Sequence record: NC_054651.1
Direction: 5' to 3' (one strand)
DNA from: Escherichia phage C1
Length of the DNA: 46,667 nt
Under the pieces are notes generated by a model, which was given only the letters and a program-made list of their open reading frames with translations, ran no database searches and was not told the origin of the DNA. Of this stretch, positions 44,744 to 46,667 are shown one piece after another. Both the position numbers and the translations under genes were made by a program. Positions within the stretch are counted from its first letter, which is position 1; each line of letters opens with the position of its first letter.

Positions 44744-45682
44744 ATGAAAGTCTATTTCAATAATGAATTAACTAATAAGCAATACCACACTGACACCGAG
44801 CACATTAACGGATCTGGCCTGTGGAATCTGTATGACAGATGCCCCGCAGCTTGGCGCTACAAAGACGAAGAAGATGAGCAGTCAAAAGCTCTTGTCTTCG
44901 GAACCGGAAGCCATACCGCGTTGCTTGAACCTGAACGTTTCGATGCTGAATATGCTCGTATGCCAACCAAAGAAGATTTTGGTGATGACCTGCTCGTTAC
45001 CGTTAGTGACATGAACTCGTGGGCGAAAGAGCGCGGAATTAAAGGGCTTTCAGGGAAGTCGAAAGCTGAGGTAATCAAAATCATTCAGGCGACTGGCGAA
45101 CCAGTGAAGATTTACGATGTAATCCGTGAAGAAGCTGAAAAAGCTGCGGCGGGAAAGCAAATGCTGGAAGGTGGTGATTATGATGCCATTCAGCAAATGC
45201 GTGCTGTAATCCACGCGAACAGCTATTACAGCAGCCTTCTCGCTGGCGCTTATGCTGAGGTGTCAATTCTTGGTGAGCTTAACGGAGAAAAAGCAAAGGT
45301 TCGCTTCGACTGCCTGACAAAAGGTGGCGACATAATTGACTACAAGACAGCAGTAAGCGCAAAGCCTGATGAATTTTTCCGTCATGCTGCGAGACTTGGC
45401 TACTTCATGAAGATGGCTATGCAGCACGACATGTTTGTTTCGGCATATGGTCATGCGCCGCGTTCTGTAAACCTTTTAGTTCAGGAAAAGAAATCTCCGT
45501 TTATTCCTGCTTTGATTCGTTTGACTGAAGAGCAATTACGAATCGGTCGCATTCAGTTGAATGGTGCAATGGAAATTTACAAGGCGTGCAAAAAAGCCAA
45601 TTCGTGGCCGGGATATTCAATGGGTAATCCTGTCATCGAAATGGAGACGCCTGAATGGTTCAAAAAACAGTTTAATTTATAA
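44744..45682 (+). CDS. recombination exonuclease (PD-(D/E)XK family)
   Basis: Track ORF 44732..45682; ATG at MKVYFNN; motif IIDYKT; partner position upstream of ERF gene. Confidence 0.5.
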   Translation: MKVYFNNELTNKQYHTDTEHINGSGLWNLYDRCPAAWRYKDEEDEQSKALVFGTGSHTALLEPERFDAEYARMPTKEDFGDDLLVTVSDMNSWAKERGIKGLSGKSKAEVIKIIQATGEPVKIYDVIREEAEKAAAGKQMLEGGDYDAIQQMRAVIHANSYYSSLLAGAYAEVSILGELNGEKAKVRFDCLTKGGDIIDYKTAVSAKPDEFFRHAARLGYFMKMAMQHDMFVSAYGHAPRSVNLLVQEKKSPFIPALIRLTEEQLRIGRIQLNGAMEIYKACKKANSWPGYSMGNPVIEMETPEWFKKQFNL

Positions 45683-45693
45683 TCAGTGAGGTG

Positions 45694-46362
45694 ATGAAAG
45701 TGATTTTCTCGGAACAGAAAGCGAATCTGATTAAGGCTCTGGTTGAGGCTCGCAAGGTGATGAGTAGCGGCGCAAAGAAAAACGCCAAAAACCCACACCT
45801 GAAAAGCAATTACGCAAACCTTGAGTCGTTTCTTGATGCAATACGCCCAGCGCTTGAGGCTAACGGTCTTATAATCATCCAGAATGCCATTGATGGTGAC
45901 TCAATGGATGTGTTGAAACTTGAAACGACGATAATGCATGAGTCTGGCGAGTACATGTCATCCGTGATGCCAATGCCTGTTGCTAAAAAAGATGCGCAGG
46001 GGTATGGCTCCGCAATGACGTATGCTCGCAGATATTCCATCGCAGCAATGTTTGGTATTGCCCAGGCTGATGATGACGGTAATGCTGCTCGCAAATCTCC
46101 AAAAGATGCAGTTGCATTGATTCGCAACGCATCCAGCATGGAAGAGTTAGCTTCAATCTATGGCGAGGAATACAAGTCATTTCGTGGTGATGATGCAGCA
46201 ACTCGCGTTATTGTTGGTGCTTATCAGGAGATGAAGGCAAAATTCATGGTATCAGGCGAATCATTCAACCCTGCAAAACTGGCTAAACCGCAACCACAAC
46301 AACCAGAACCGCAGGAAGAAACAAAAGCCGAACATAAACCAACTCCAATTGAAGGATTTTAA
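45694..46362 (+). CDS. ERF-family single-strand annealing protein
   Basis: 222 aa; block GSAMTYARRYSIAAMFGIAQADDDGNAA matches ERF signature; followed by ssb. Confidence 0.6.
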   Translation: MKVIFSEQKANLIKALVEARKVMSSGAKKNAKNPHLKSNYANLESFLDAIRPALEANGLIIIQNAIDGDSMDVLKLETTIMHESGEYMSSVMPMPVAKKDAQGYGSAMTYARRYSIAAMFGIAQADDDGNAARKSPKDAVALIRNASSMEELASIYGEEYKSFRGDDAATRVIVGAYQEMKAKFMVSGESFNPAKLAKPQPQQPEPQEETKAEHKPTPIEGF

Positions 46363-46365
46363 TAA

Positions 46366-46667
46366 ATGGCACGCGGCGTAAACAAAGTGATTATTGTCGG
46401 CACTCTCGGTAACGACCCTGAAGTTAAATATTCAGCATCAGGCTCTGCAATTGCCAACCTTTCCGTTGCAACATCTGAGCAGTGGAAAGACAAGCAAACA
46501 GGAGAAAAGAAAGAGCAGACTGAATGGCATCGCGTTGTTATCTTTGGAAAACTCGCAGAAGTTGCAGGAGAATACCTTCGCAAAGGATCGCAGGTTTATA
46601 TAGAAGGCCAGCTTCGCACTCGTAAGTGGGCTGACAGCAACGGCGTAGACCGATATACCACTGAGAT
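46366..46667 (+). CDS. ssb: single-stranded DNA-binding protein, N-terminal part (continues at 1..181)
   Basis: [20 protein letters not shown]...[39 protein letters not shown]... nearly identical in pattern to E. coli SSB OB-fold; runs off window end. Confidence 0.9.
   Translation, partial: MARGVNKVIIVGTLGNDPEVKYSASGSAIANLSVATSEQWKDKQTGEKKEQTEWHRVVIFGKLAEVAGEYLRKGSQVYIEGQLRTRKWADSNGVDRYTTE

Overview
The window reads as an essentially complete, circularly permuted genome of a tailed dsDNA phage (siphovirus-type) of an enterobacterial host, about 46.7 kb. An ssb gene starts at 46366, runs off the window end and continues in frame at position 1 to end in the canonical SSB tail (...NEPPMDFDDSIPF), so the two ends of the window are contiguous. 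Minus strand: a long morphogenesis block running from terminase (small 34799..35218, large 33237..34691) through portal, head morphogenesis protein, scaffold, capsid, head-tail connector genes, a lambda V-like major tail protein with Ig-like C-terminus, tape measure protein (7027..9939), M/L/K-like minor tail proteins, a J-like tip protein and a pectate-lyase-type tailspike (1156..3186). This block also holds a lysis cassette with a lambda R-like endolysin, holin candidate and embedded Rz/Rz1 spanins (26033..27347). Plus strand: a replication/recombination block (helicase, VRR-NUC-like nuclease, PD-(D/E)XK exonuclease, ERF annealing protein, SSB), a divergently encoded zinc-ribbon primase, and several self-contained cassettes inserted into the structural block, each with its own promoter and terminator. 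No integrase, repressor, DNA polymerase, tRNA or CRISPR array was seen. The most interesting items are: (i) a cassette at 15690..18196 encoding a ParB-like protein, a frameshift-interrupted Dam-like methyltransferase and a half-size DnaN beta-clamp homolog; (ii) an origin-like region at 38350..38680 with CGTGGGG iterons and a GGGGCATGCCCC palindrome flanking an AT-rich core; (iii) a GTAGATT-core motif recurring at about 10 operon boundaries; (iv) an orphan promoter-terminator unit (12830..13290) with no convincing ORF; (v) a superinfection-immunity-like moron cassette (10764..11992). All calls come from reading the sequence and the ORF track and from remembered family motifs; no database search was run. 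Sub-gene motif coordinates are hand-counted and approximate to a few nucleotides.
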